The notes under the pieces were generated by a model that saw only the letters and a program-made list of their open reading frames with translations, did not search any database and was not told the origin of the DNA. This document shows, one piece after another, positions 38,369 through 48,858 of a DNA stretch of 64,000 bases. The DNA lies in assembly GCA_045646345.1 (NCBI GenBank), contig JAZRKN010000009.1, forward strand, positions 1 to 64,000, given 5' to 3'. Source of the DNA: Candidatus Scatovivens sp. Lineage in GTDB: Bacteria; Bacillota; Clostridia; TANB77; CAG-508. Within the stretch, counting starts at the first letter, position 1, and every line of letters begins with the position of its first letter. A program made the translations under genes and the position numbers.

Positions 38369-39553
38369 ATGAATAAGAAAACAGTAAGAGATATTGATTT
38401 AAAAGGAAAAAAAGTATTAGTTAGATGTGACTTTAACGTACCATACAATGATGAAAGAGTTATTACAGATAACAGAAGAATAGTAGCAGCTTTACCTACA
38501 ATTAAATATTTATTAGAAAATAATTGTAAAGTAATATTATGTTCTCACTTAGGAAGACCAAAGGGACAAGTTAAACCAGAGTTTTCTCTAGATATAGTAG
38601 CTGCTGAATTATCAAGACTATTAGGGTTAGAAGTAAAATTAGCTAAAGATGTAGTTGGAGAAGATGCAAAAGCTTTAGCTGCTGATTTACAAGAAGGAGA
38701 AGTTATGCTTCTTGAAAACGTAAGATATGAAGCTGGAGAAGAAAAAAATGATGAAGAATTATCAAAAGCATTTGCTTCTTTAGCAGAAGTTTTTGTAAAT
38801 GATGCATTTGGAACAGCTCATAGAGCACACAGTTCAACAACAGGTGTTGCAAGTTATTTACCAGCAGTTTCTGGATTCTTAATTGAAAAAGAATTAAATT
38901 TCTTAGGAACAGCTTTAGAAAATCCTGAAAGACCATTCATGGCTATTTTAGGTGGTAAAAAAGTTTCTGATAAAATTGGTGTTATAGAAGCATTAATTGA
39001 AAAAGTTGATGTATTAATGATTGGTGGAGCTATGGCATACACATTCTTTAAATCAATGGGTTATAGTGTTGGAAATTCAATTTGTGAAGAAGATAAATTA
39101 GATTTAGCAAAAGAATTAATGGCAAAAGCTGAAGCTAAAGGTGTTAAATTAATGTTACCAGTTGATACAAAAGTTGGTAAAGAATTTGATGCTAATACAG
39201 AAAGCAAAACAGTTAAATATACAGAAATTCCTGATGGATGGGAAGGATTTGATATTGGTCAAGAAACAATTGAACTATATGCAAATGAACTAAAAAATGC
39301 AAAAACAGTTATCTGGAACGGACCGGTTGGATTATTCGAATTTGATCAATTTGCTATTGGAACAAATAGTATTGCAAAAACATTAGCTGATATTGATGCA
39401 GTTAAAATAATCGGTGGTGGTGATTCTGCAGCTGCTGTTGAAAAAGCAGGATTAGCTGAAAAATTTACACACATCTCTACAGGTGGTGGAGCTTCACTTG
39501 AATTTTTAGAAGGTAAAAAATTACCAGGAATTGAAGCTTTACAAGATAAATAA
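38369..39553 (+). CDS. pgk: Phosphoglycerate kinase
   Basis: [33 protein letters not shown]. Confidence 0.98.
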   Translation: MNKKTVRDIDLKGKKVLVRCDFNVPYNDERVITDNRRIVAALPTIKYLLENNCKVILCSHLGRPKGQVKPEFSLDIVAAELSRLLGLEVKLAKDVVGEDAKALAADLQEGEVMLLENVRYEAGEEKNDEELSKAFASLAEVFVNDAFGTAHRAHSSTTGVASYLPAVSGFLIEKELNFLGTALENPERPFMAILGGKKVSDKIGVIEALIEKVDVLMIGGAMAYTFFKSMGYSVGNSICEEDKLDLAKELMAKAEAKGVKLMLPVDTKVGKEFDANTESKTVKYTEIPDGWEGFDIGQETIELYANELKNAKTVIWNGPVGLFEFDQFAIGTNSIAKTLADIDAVKIIGGGDSAAAVEKAGLAEKFTHISTGGGASLEFLEGKKLPGIEALQDK

Positions 39554-39638
39554 ATTTCAGAAAAGTAAAAGTGGGAAATATAAATCTCCCACTTTGAATA
39601 TATTTTTATAAGATTAAAAAATCTAGAAGGAGATTTTT

Positions 39639-40391
39639 ATGAGAAGAAAAGTTATTGCAGGAAACTGGAAAATGAACATGCTTCCAAATGAAGCAATTGA
39701 TTATATTCAAGCATTTGAACCATTAGTTAAAGATGCTGAAGCAGAAGTTATTTTATGTGTTCCATATACAGATTTATTTTATTGTTTAATGAACGCACAA
39801 GGAACAAATATTAAAATAGGTGCTCAAAACATGCACTTCGCTGAAACAGGAGCATATACTGGAGAAGTTTCAGCTAAAATGTTAAAATCAATTGGAGTTG
39901 AATATGTAATCATAGGACACTCTGAAAGAAGACAATATTATAATGAAACTGATGAAACAGTAAATAAAAAATTAAAAGCTGCTTTTGAAAATGAATTAAA
40001 ACCAATTGTTTGTGTTGGAGAAAGTTTAGAAGAAAGAGAAGCTGGAAAAACAGAAGAAATTATTACTTCTCAAACAAGACTTGCTTTAGAAGGATTAACA
40101 AATGATCAAGTTAAAGCAACAATTATAGCTTATGAACCAATCTGGGCTATTGGAACAGGAAAAACAGCAACTTCAGAAGATGCTAATAATTCAATAAAAG
40201 CAATAAGAGCTGAAGTAAAAAGAATTTACGGAGAAGAAGTAGCTGAAGAAGTTATTATTCAATATGGTGGAAGTGTTAAATCTTCAAATGCAAAAGAATT
40301 ATTCTCAACATCAGATATTGATGGAGGATTAGTTGGTGGAGCAAGTTTAAAACCAGATGAATTCAGTAAAATAGTAAATTATAATAAATAA
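39639..40391 (+). CDS. tpiA: Triosephosphate isomerase
   Basis: AGNWKMN, GHSERR, AYEPIWAIGTG, LVGGASL. Confidence 0.98.
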   Translation: MRRKVIAGNWKMNMLPNEAIDYIQAFEPLVKDAEAEVILCVPYTDLFYCLMNAQGTNIKIGAQNMHFAETGAYTGEVSAKMLKSIGVEYVIIGHSERRQYYNETDETVNKKLKAAFENELKPIVCVGESLEEREAGKTEEIITSQTRLALEGLTNDQVKATIIAYEPIWAIGTGKTATSEDANNSIKAIRAEVKRIYGEEVAEEVIIQYGGSVKSSNAKELFSTSDIDGGLVGGASLKPDEFSKIVNYNK

Positions 40392-40478
40392 ATTATGCAA
40401 AATTAAAATATGGAATAGCAATATCATATTGCTATTCTATATGAACTTTTTTAGGAGAAATGAGGACGAAATAATATT

Positions 40479-42011
40479 ATGGGAAAACTTACAATGTTAA
40501 TGATACTAGATGGTTTTGGTGTCAATGAAAAAGAAGAAGGAAATGGAGTAAAACAAGCTAATATCCCACATTTAAATGAAATATTTACAAAAAATCCAAA
40601 TACAATAATTCATACAAGTGGATTAGAAGTTGGATTACCAGAAGGCCAAATGGGAAATTCAGAAGTTGGTCATACAAATATAGGTGCAGGAAGAATTGTA
40701 TATCAAGATTTAGCTAAAATAACAAAAGCTATTGAAGATGGAGATTTCTTTAGTAGACCAGAATTTGTAAAAGCAATTGAAAATTGTAGAGCTAATAATT
40801 CAAAATTACATTTAATGGGATTATTATCTGATGGTGGTGTACATAGCCATAATCGTCATTTATATGGACTTTTAGAATTAGCTAAAAGAAAAGATTTTGA
40901 AAATGTATATGTACATTGTTTTATGGATGGAAGAGATACTCCACCAGCTTCAGGAGAAGGTTACATTGCAGAATTAGAAGAAAAAATGAAAGAAAAAGGT
41001 GTAGGTCAAATTGCAACTATTTCTGGAAGATTCTATGCAATGGATAGAGATAAAAGATGGGAAAGAGTTCATGAAGCTTATAATGCAATGGTAAATGGTA
41101 TAGGAGAAAAAGCTAATTCAGCTGTTTCTGCTATTGAAGAATCATATCAAAAAGAAGTTTTTGATGAATTTGTTAAACCAACAGTTATAACAAATAAAAA
41201 CGGAGAACCAATTGCAAAAATTGAAGATGGAGATTCTGTAATATTCTTTAATTTCAGACCAGATAGAGCTAGAGAAATAACAAGAACAATTGTTGATAAA
41301 GAGTTTGACTGTTTTGAAGTGAAAAATATTAATACATATTTTGTTTGTATGACTCCTTATGATGAAACAATGCCAAACGTAGATGTTGCTTATAGAAAAG
41401 AAGAAATTAGAAATACTTTTGGAGAATATATTAGTAGAAGAGGATTAAAACAATTAAGAATTGCAGAAACAGAAAAATATGCACACGTAACATTCTTCTT
41501 TAATGGTGGAGAAGAAAAACAATATGAAGGTGAAGATAGAATTTTAGTGCCATCACCTAAAGTTGAAACATATGATTTAAAACCTGAGATGAGTGCTTGC
41601 GAAGTTTGTGAAAAAGTTGTTGAAGCAATAAAATCAGAAAAATATGATTCTATTATATTAAACTTTGCTAACCCTGATATGGTTGGACATACAGGAAATA
41701 TTGATGCTGTAATTAAAGCTTTAGAAACAATTGATGAATGTGTTCAAAATGTTGTTGATGCTGTAAAAGAAGTAAATGGTACTTTATTAATAACAGCAGA
41801 TCATGGAAATTGCGAGCAAATGATTGATTATAAAACTGGAGAACCACAAACAGCTCATACAACAAACCCAGTTCCGCTTGTAATTGTTGGATTACCAAGT
41901 AATAAAAAAATTAAAGAAGGTCGTTTAGCAGACTTAGCTCCAACAATGTTGGATATCATGGGATTAGAAAAACCAGATGAAATGACAGGAGAAAGTTTAA
42001 TTCAAAACTAA
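40479..42011 (+). CDS. gpmI: 2,3-bisphosphoglycerate-independent phosphoglycerate mutase
   Basis: ILDGFG, GQMGNSEVGH, NPDMVGHTG, TADHGN. Confidence 0.98.
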   Translation: MGKLTMLMILDGFGVNEKEEGNGVKQANIPHLNEIFTKNPNTIIHTSGLEVGLPEGQMGNSEVGHTNIGAGRIVYQDLAKITKAIEDGDFFSRPEFVKAIENCRANNSKLHLMGLLSDGGVHSHNRHLYGLLELAKRKDFENVYVHCFMDGRDTPPASGEGYIAELEEKMKEKGVGQIATISGRFYAMDRDKRWERVHEAYNAMVNGIGEKANSAVSAIEESYQKEVFDEFVKPTVITNKNGEPIAKIEDGDSVIFFNFRPDRAREITRTIVDKEFDCFEVKNINTYFVCMTPYDETMPNVDVAYRKEEIRNTFGEYISRRGLKQLRIAETEKYAHVTFFFNGGEEKQYEGEDRILVPSPKVETYDLKPEMSACEVCEKVVEAIKSEKYDSIILNFANPDMVGHTGNIDAVIKALETIDECVQNVVDAVKEVNGTLLITADHGNCEQMIDYKTGEPQTAHTTNPVPLVIVGLPSNKKIKEGRLADLAPTMLDIMGLEKPDEMTGESLIQN

Positions 42012-42027
42012 CTTTTAGGAGAAATTT

Positions 42028-42765
42028 ATGATAAGTTTACCAGAAGAAAAAATTTTGTATTCAGAAATACAAAAAAAGTTGTTTTATATAATACCTGAGA
42101 AATGGGAAAGTATATATTTATATGCTTCTGTAATTGATATGCCAAATCAAAAACCTGTTGGAGAAATGTATTTTTACTACTTACCAAAAGGTATAATAAA
42201 AAAGAAATTTGTTAATGGCTATGAGATTCCATCAATTTTTAATATTGATGAAGAACAATATTCTAAATTAATTACAGATGTTTATAATTTAATAAAATTA
42301 TTACGTGAACGTGCTGTAGAAACAAAAAGAAAAGTTTGGAGTAATATAAATATCACAATTGAGAATTTTAAATTTAAAATAGAGTTTGATTACGAAGATT
42401 TAAAAAAATCTGAATTTGATTCTTATGAACGTCATGTAATATGGAGATATAATTATTTAAAAGAGGATTCGGAAGTTTTAAGTAGAAAAGATAGAAAGAT
42501 AATTGATAAATATTTAAAATATACAGAAACAAGAATCCCGTTAAAGAAAGATTCTTATATTGAAGGAATATATAAACAACCTGTTAAAAATATTATAGAT
42601 TTTGAAAAGACTTTAACAGTTGAAGAAGCTATAGCTCAATCTAATGAACCGAAAGAGAAAAAGAAAAAAAGAATTTTTGGTAACAAGAATAAAATAGATG
42701 ATGTTATTGACGAGGATGATGAAAATCAAACATATAATAATCAGATATTAAATTGGAAAAAATAA
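42028..42765 (+). CDS. YezG/DUF600-like immunity protein
   Basis: IPEKWESIYLYA, MYFYY, W..INI, FKIEFDYED, ERHVIWRY pattern. Confidence 0.65.
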   Translation: MISLPEEKILYSEIQKKLFYIIPEKWESIYLYASVIDMPNQKPVGEMYFYYLPKGIIKKKFVNGYEIPSIFNIDEEQYSKLITDVYNLIKLLRERAVETKRKVWSNINITIENFKFKIEFDYEDLKKSEFDSYERHVIWRYNYLKEDSEVLSRKDRKIIDKYLKYTETRIPLKKDSYIEGIYKQPVKNIIDFEKTLTVEEAIAQSNEPKEKKKKRIFGNKNKIDDVIDEDDENQTYNNQILNWKK

Positions 42766-42770
42766 AGTTT

Positions 42771-42802
42771 AAAGAGTACTTAGAAATAAGTACTCTTTTT
42801 TT
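42771..42802 (+). terminator. Intrinsic terminator
   Basis: aaagagtactta-gaaa-taagtactcttt + T. Confidence 0.85.
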
Positions 42803-42863
42803 GTTCTAAATAAAAAAATGTTGAATATATATTATTATATTAAAATGTGAAAGGTTATATTAT

Positions 42864-43862
42864 ATGGATCGAATTTTAAAATATTTTCCTATAAATATAA
42901 AAGTGATTTTAGAAAAAGAAATTGGAGAGAAAAAGAACAGTTTAGAAGAAATTAGAATAAGAGTACAAAAACCAATTATTTTAAAATTTAATTCTGGTGA
43001 AAAAATTGTAAGATATTTTATAACTCAAGAAGAAATTTTAAATATATTGCAATATGTTTGCGAAAATTCAATATATAGTTATCAAAAACAAATTTCTGAA
43101 GGATTTGTAACTGTTACTGGTGGACATAGAGTGGGAATATCGGGCTCTTGTGTGATGGAAAATGGTAAAGTTATAAATATTAATTATATAAATGGCTTAA
43201 ATTTTAGAATAGCGAGACAAGTTATAGGTGCTAGTGAAAAAATATTAGAAAGTATATTAGACGTTGATAAAAATTCTATTCGAAATACATTAATAGTGTC
43301 TCCTCCAGGATGTGGTAAAACTACTATTTTAAAGGATTTAGTAAAACAAATATCAAGTGGAATAAGGCAAAAAAAGTTTAAAGGAATTGATGTTGGAGTT
43401 GTTGATGAAAGAGGAGAAATTGCAGCACTATATAAAGGAGTTCCTCAAAATGAAATTGGAATAAAAACAGATGTAATGTCTAATGTTACTAAAAGTATTG
43501 GATTAAAAATGTTAATAAGAAGTATGGCACCACAAATTGTTGTTGCAGATGAAATTGGAACGAAAGAAGATGTTGATATTATAAATTATGCGATGTGTTC
43601 AGGATGTAAAGGGATATTTACGGCTCATGGTTCAAATTTTGATGAGTTGTATTTGAATCCTATAATAAAAGAATTAATAAATAATCACATATTCGAACTG
43701 ATTGTTTTTTTAGATGAAAAAATCAAAGGAGAAATAAAAGAATTATATATTCTTGATAAGAAAATGACACAGTATAAAAAAGAAGAAAAAAGAAAAATTA
43801 AAGATAATGTAGGGTTAGATTTTTTATTAGGTGAAAATGATGGAATTGATAAAATGTTTTAA
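42864..43862 (+). CDS. spoIIIAA: Stage III sporulation protein AA
   Basis: LEEIRIR, GGHRVG, SPPGCGKTT, VDERGEIA, RSMAP, DEIG. Confidence 0.95.
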   Translation: MDRILKYFPINIKVILEKEIGEKKNSLEEIRIRVQKPIILKFNSGEKIVRYFITQEEILNILQYVCENSIYSYQKQISEGFVTVTGGHRVGISGSCVMENGKVININYINGLNFRIARQVIGASEKILESILDVDKNSIRNTLIVSPPGCGKTTILKDLVKQISSGIRQKKFKGIDVGVVDERGEIAALYKGVPQNEIGIKTDVMSNVTKSIGLKMLIRSMAPQIVVADEIGTKEDVDIINYAMCSGCKGIFTAHGSNFDELYLNPIIKELINNHIFELIVFLDEKIKGEIKELYILDKKMTQYKKEEKRKIKDNVGLDFLLGENDGIDKMF

Positions 43863-44343
43863 TTTGATAGGAATATTTTGTTTATGTTCTTATATTGGTG
43901 TAATTAAAGCTCAAAAATATGAAATAAGAGTTATAGAATTAAATAGATTTAAAAATGCACTTTATGTGTTTAAATCAAAAATAGAATTTACTTATGAACC
44001 TATCAAAAATATCTTTGAAGAAATATCAAAAATAATATATAAAGAAGAAAAAAATATTTTTAAAGAAGCTATAAAATGTGAAGAAAAAATAAATGAAAAT
44101 TGGGAATTGGCAGCAGAAGAATTAAATGACAAATTAGATAAAGAAGATATATATGCAATTAAAACATTAGGAAAATTATTGGGAAAAACAGATGTAAAAG
44201 GACAAGTTAGTGAGATTTTGTTAGTAGAAAGTTTGATTGAAAAACAAATTAGTAAAGCTGAATGTGAAAAACAAAAAAATTCAAAATTATGTAAAAATAT
44301 GGGGATTATTATAGGATTAGGAATTTGTATAATGTTTGTTTAG
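43831..44343 (+). CDS. spoIIIAB: Stage III sporulation protein AB
   Basis: Operon position; LGKTD..GQ; N- and C-terminal TMs. Confidence 0.88.
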   Translation: MKMMELIKCFNLIGIFCLCSYIGVIKAQKYEIRVIELNRFKNALYVFKSKIEFTYEPIKNIFEEISKIIYKEEKNIFKEAIKCEEKINENWELAAEELNDKLDKEDIYAIKTLGKLLGKTDVKGQVSEILLVESLIEKQISKAECEKQKNSKLCKNMGIIIGLGICIMFV

Positions 44344-44352
44344 GAGTTTTTT

Positions 44353-44547
44353 ATGAATATAGAGTTATTATTTAAGATTGCTGGAATTGGAATATTAGTT
44401 GCTGTTCTTCATCAAGTATTATCGAAAGCTGGAAGAGAAGATCAAGCGATGATGACAACTTTGGCTGGAATCGTTATTGTATTAACTGTTGTTGTTAAAG
44501 AAATTAGTACCTTATTTGAAACAGTAAGGACGGTGTTTAATTTATAA
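44353..44547 (+). CDS. spoIIIAC: Stage III sporulation protein AC
   Basis: FKIAGIGILVAVL..VL..AGREDQA. Confidence 0.95.
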   Translation: MNIELLFKIAGIGILVAVLHQVLSKAGREDQAMMTTLAGIVIVLTVVVKEISTLFETVRTVFNL

Positions 44548-44927
44548 TGGACATCTTAAAAATAATTGGAATTGGTTTTTGTAGTTTGATTATATCTATA
44601 ATTTTAAAAGAATATAAAAAAGAATATGCGGTTTATAGTATGCTAATAGGCGGAGCGATAATAATTTTTTTTTCTTTGGAAACAATAAATATTATTATAA
44701 ATTTTATAAGGCATTTTTCTAAAAATTATAATAACGGATTTATTGAAATTTTATTAAAAATTACAGGAATATCGATACTTGCAGAATATGCAACATCTAT
44801 ATGTAAGGATTCGGGAGAGGTTTCGATAGCTAATAAGATTGATTTTGCATCTAAGATTATTGTTGTTTCAATGTCAATTCCAATAATATCAAGTACATTG
44901 TCTTTATTACTCAAATTATTACCATAG
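44547..44927 (+). CDS. spoIIIAD: Stage III sporulation protein AD
   Basis: LLKITGI...EY...ICKDSGE..IA.KI. Confidence 0.93.
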   Translation: MDILKIIGIGFCSLIISIILKEYKKEYAVYSMLIGGAIIIFFSLETINIIINFIRHFSKNYNNGFIEILLKITGISILAEYATSICKDSGEVSIANKIDFASKIIVVSMSIPIISSTLSLLLKLLP

Positions 44928-44938
44928 GAGTAGTTTTT

Positions 44939-46015
44939 ATGAACGAAATTTTAACCACAGAGATAAATGTATTCGGAATAGATGAATTTTTGTATCAAGC
45001 AGAAAAATATACAAAAGAAGTGTTTCCAAATCTAGAAATAAAAGAATTTTTTAAAGAAAGTTTAACTGGAAATTTAGGAGATTTTTTTTCTACTAGTAAT
45101 ATAAGTAATGTATTAACAAAAGAATTGCAAGAAACTCTAAATATATTAGCGAGTATATTAATAATTATTATTATACATAGCATATTGAAATCTATTGTAG
45201 AAAGTTTAGGAAATTCTTCATCAAGTCAGATTGTATATTTTGTTCAATATATTGCAATTGTAACAGTTATTGTTAATTCATTTGTTAATATTTTGGACAT
45301 TACAAAAGAAGCTATAAATGAAATTATAAATTTTATGAATTTACTTACACCTATTTTTATAACTTTACTTATAACTACAGGAAATTTAGTAACAAGTAAT
45401 ATTGTACAACCAGTATTACTGTTTATAGTTAATTTTATAGGAAATTTTACAAATGTTTTTTTAATACCTCTATTATTAATTTCTATTACTTTATCTATAA
45501 TTTCTAATATTTCTGATAAAGTTCAAGTAAATAAATTATCAAAATTTTTTAAAACTTCAATTGTTTGGATTTTGGGGATAATATTAACTATATTTGTAAG
45601 TGTACTCTCAATAGAAGGTACTTTAAGTAGTAGTGTTGATGGAATAACTAGTAAAACAGCTAAAGCTGCTGTTTCGAATTTTATTCCTGTTGTTGGTAAA
45701 ATAATGGGAGATACAGTTGAAACTGTATTGGGATGTACAAATATATTAAAAAATTCTGTTGGGATAGTTGGAGTAATAATTATTATAGGTATTGTACTAG
45801 TACCGATAATTAAAATATCTGTTTTATGGATTTCATTTAATATTACATCAAGTATTTGTGAAGTTATTGCAGATGAAAAGATTGTTAAATTGTTGGATAA
45901 TATTGCGGATAGTTATAAAATTTTATTTGCAATATTAGTTTCTATTTCAATAATGTTTATTATCGGAATAACTATAGTTATAAAAATTACAAATAGTTCA
46001 TTAATGTATAGGTAA
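44939..46015 (+). CDS. spoIIIAE: Stage III sporulation protein AE
   Basis: Multi-TM; KTAK..VSNFIPVVG, KNSVG. Confidence 0.92.
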   Translation: MNEILTTEINVFGIDEFLYQAEKYTKEVFPNLEIKEFFKESLTGNLGDFFSTSNISNVLTKELQETLNILASILIIIIIHSILKSIVESLGNSSSSQIVYFVQYIAIVTVIVNSFVNILDITKEAINEIINFMNLLTPIFITLLITTGNLVTSNIVQPVLLFIVNFIGNFTNVFLIPLLLISITLSIISNISDKVQVNKLSKFFKTSIVWILGIILTIFVSVLSIEGTLSSSVDGITSKTAKAAVSNFIPVVGKIMGDTVETVLGCTNILKNSVGIVGVIIIIGIVLVPIIKISVLWISFNITSSICEVIADEKIVKLLDNIADSYKILFAILVSISIMFIIGITIVIKITNSSLMYR

Positions 46016-46017
46016 AT

Positions 46018-46482
46018 ATGATATTAAAAATAAGAGTTTGGTGCGAAGAATTAATAATAGCAATAATTCTTTGTATAATAATTGAATGTTTAATTCCAAA
46101 TGGAAATAATAAAAAATATGCAAAAGTAGTAATTGGTGTTTTTATTATGTTTATAACTATCAATCCACTGTTAGAAATCTTGAATTATGAATATGACTTT
46201 GATGAAGTATTTGATATGAGATATGAGGAAACTTATAGTAGTTTAGATTATGATATAAAAGATGTGTATATTATTGGGATTAAAGAGGAAATAAAAAAAG
46301 AAATAATGAATCTTGGTTATAAAGTAAATGATATAAAATTTGAGTTTGATTATGGTTATGAAAAAATAAGTAAAATTAAAATTGAATTTTTAGAAAATGA
46401 AATAGATTATCAGAAGGTTTTGGATATGTTAAAAGAACGATATTTGGTTGAAAAAAATAATGTTATTATAACATTTAAGTAG
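46018..46482 (+). CDS. spoIIIAF: Stage III sporulation protein AF
   Basis: LIPNGNNKKY..VVIG...INP; operon position. Confidence 0.88.
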   Translation: MILKIRVWCEELIIAIILCIIIECLIPNGNNKKYAKVVIGVFIMFITINPLLEILNYEYDFDEVFDMRYEETYSSLDYDIKDVYIIGIKEEIKKEIMNLGYKVNDIKFEFDYGYEKISKIKIEFLENEIDYQKVLDMLKERYLVEKNNVIITFK

Positions 46483-46490
46483 GAGGAGTT

Positions 46491-47069
46491 ATGTTTGATA
46501 AATTAAAGAACATATTTGAAAATAAGGATAAAAAAATAGAAAATTTAGTGGTTTTTTTAATTATTTTGATAATAACTTTAATTGTTATTAATAAAATTTT
46601 AGATAAAGATGAAAATGATGTCACTGATTATGAAAATAAAACTGGAGTAGAACTAGCAACTGAAAAAAATATTGATATTAATTTAGAAAATACAAATTTT
46701 GAAAAAAGATTGGAAAATATATTAAGCAAGATTTCAGGAGTTGGAAAAGTTGCAGTTCTTCTTACATATACAGAATCAGATTCATTAGTTCCAATTTATA
46801 ATATTAATTCAAGTACAAGTGTTTCTGAAGAAAAAGGTAGTGATGGAATCAGCAAATTAACAGAATCAGAAAATGTTCAAAAAGATGTTGTTATGGATGA
46901 AAATGGTAGTCTTAGTGTTGAAAAGCAAATAAAACCAGTTGTAGAAGGAGCGATAATTATTGCAGAAGGTGCATCTAATGTAAGTGTTAAAAGTAATATA
47001 ATATCTGCTGTAGAAGCTGTAACTGGAGTTAAAACTCATAAAATTCAAGTTTTTGAGATGGAGGAATAG
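46491..47069 (+). CDS. spoIIIAG: Stage III sporulation protein AG
   Basis: LENILSKISGVGKV, P.VEGAIIIAEGA, HKIQVF. Confidence 0.93.
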   Translation: MFDKLKNIFENKDKKIENLVVFLIILIITLIVINKILDKDENDVTDYENKTGVELATEKNIDINLENTNFEKRLENILSKISGVGKVAVLLTYTESDSLVPIYNINSSTSVSEEKGSDGISKLTESENVQKDVVMDENGSLSVEKQIKPVVEGAIIIAEGASNVSVKSNIISAVEAVTGVKTHKIQVFEMEE

Positions 47070-47071
47070 GT

Positions 47072-47683
47072 ATGAAATATAATAAAGAAAGTGTAAAACA
47101 AGTTCTACTTATAACTGTTGCAATAATATTAATTTTTATGGGGTATTTTAATTATAGTTTGGATATAAATATTGATAAAGAAAATATAGCTAAGGAAGAA
47201 AGAAATGAACATTCATTAGGTGACGTGCAATTAGTAAATGCAGAACCGTCGCTTGTTGCTAATAATGATATTGTTCCGAATGAAGAGGTTAATGATAATG
47301 GAACGACAAAAGAAATTGTAAATAATGTAAATGAAAATAAGTATTATGAAGAAACAAAGTTGGAAAGAAATAGAATGTATTCTGAAATGCTTGAGTCATA
47401 TCAAAATTTAATTGATTCACCAGAAACGCCACAAGATCAAAAAGCGATTGCAGCTAAAGAAATTTCTAATATAAATAAAAGAAAAAATGGTTTGATGATT
47501 GCTGAAAACCTAATAAAAAATAAAGGTTTTGAAGATGTTGTTATTTTAGTAAATGATAACATAGTTAGTGTTGTTGTGAAATCATATATATTAAATCAAG
47601 AACAAATTTCTAAAATTCAAAATATTGTTGAACGAGAGTTGGATGTAGAAATTAAGAATATTAATATAAGTAATAGATATTGA
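47072..47683 (+). CDS. spoIIIAH: Stage III sporulation protein AH
   Basis: KLER...S, ENLIKNKGFEDVV; last gene of operon. Confidence 0.92.
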   Translation: MKYNKESVKQVLLITVAIILIFMGYFNYSLDINIDKENIAKEERNEHSLGDVQLVNAEPSLVANNDIVPNEEVNDNGTTKEIVNNVNENKYYEETKLERNRMYSEMLESYQNLIDSPETPQDQKAIAAKEISNINKRKNGLMIAENLIKNKGFEDVVILVNDNIVSVVVKSYILNQEQISKIQNIVERELDVEIKNINISNRY

Positions 47684-47777
47684 TTTCTCAAAAATTTCTT
47701 GAATATTTTTTTGCCGAAAACTAATAATAAGCTATATGAAATTAAATTTCATATAAATTATAAAAAAGAGGTATAAT

Positions 47778-48236
47778 ATGGCAAGAAAATCTATTATTTT
47801 TGTTCTAGCTATATTAATGCTTTCATTGTTTTCGAGTATTTGTTTTGCTGCTGATTCAGGAAACTCAATAAATTTGGGTAATGAAATAATGCAATCAATA
47901 GATAAAACAGAAAATAGTATGAAGAATGTGGTTTCTGGAAATGCAGTAAGAGATGCAGGAAATATGATGAAAGATGGAGTGAATAGTGTAGGAAATGGAA
48001 TAAATAATATGGGAAATTCTGTTAATAACGGTGTTAACCATATGGAAAATGGTATGAATGATGGAATGAATAGAATGGAAAACGGGGATGGTTATAATGC
48101 TACGAGAACAACTGCAGAAGCAACAACAGTTAATAACACAATGACAACAACAACTTGGATGTGGATTATACTAGCTCTTGCTGCAACAATTATTTTTGTT
48201 GCAATTTGGTATTATGCTACACAAGATAACGGCTAG
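47778..48236 (+). CDS. Hypothetical exported protein with N/G/M-rich repeats and C-terminal TM
   Basis: Signal peptide, NGxN repeats, WMWIILALAATIIFVAIWYY. Confidence 0.8.
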   Translation: MARKSIIFVLAILMLSLFSSICFAADSGNSINLGNEIMQSIDKTENSMKNVVSGNAVRDAGNMMKDGVNSVGNGINNMGNSVNNGVNHMENGMNDGMNRMENGDGYNATRTTAEATTVNNTMTTTTWMWIILALAATIIFVAIWYYATQDNG

Positions 48237-48268
48237 AAAAAAACGGCTTTATAAAAGCCGTTTTTTTT
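48237..48268. terminator. Bidirectional terminator
   Basis: aaaaaaacggcttt-ataa-aagccgttttttt. Confidence 0.88.
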
Positions 48269-48281
48269 ATATATTTATAAA

Positions 48282-48626
48282 TTATTTTGATAATCTAATT
48301 AAAAGAGCAATTGCAAATAAAATTAATAAAACTCCAATTGCGATCAAGATTATTGATAATATATTGTTTAATTGTAAGTTTGCTTGTTCATAACTATTTA
48401 TATTTGAAACTTTTGTAACAGAAGATGTAGATAGCGCATCTAAAGTAGATGTACTTGGATTGTCTGGAGTTGGTATACTATTTTCTTCTGTAGTTTCGGT
48501 ATTTTCTGAAATAGCATCTACTGTTTCTGGATTTTCTACATCAGAAGTAGCATGTACAAAGTTAAAATTTAAAGAAATTATTAACAATAAAAATAATATT
48601 AAACAAAATTTTATAGTTCTAGACAT
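48282..48626 (-). CDS. Hypothetical exported protein with C-terminal TM
   Basis: AGGAGG RBS; signal peptide, S/T/E-rich linker, terminal hydrophobic helix. Confidence 0.8.
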   Translation of the reverse strand: MSRTIKFCLILFLLLIISLNFNFVHATSDVENPETVDAISENTETTEENSIPTPDNPSTSTLDALSTSSVTKVSNINSYEQANLQLNNILSIILIAIGVLLILFAIALLIRLSK

Positions 48627-48858
48627 AATATCCTCCTAAATTGTACGATATAACTATAATATACAAAAATATAAAAAAAGTCTATAGATATTTATAAAAT
48701 ATATTATTGTAATATTAAAAATATATGTTGAAAAAAATTTTTTTATATGTGATAATTTATGTGTATATTTATGTATTTTATATTTAAAAATATGTATATA
48801 CATATGAAAAAAGTTTATAATTTTTAATAAAAATATATATAAAGAGGAGGAACAAAAG

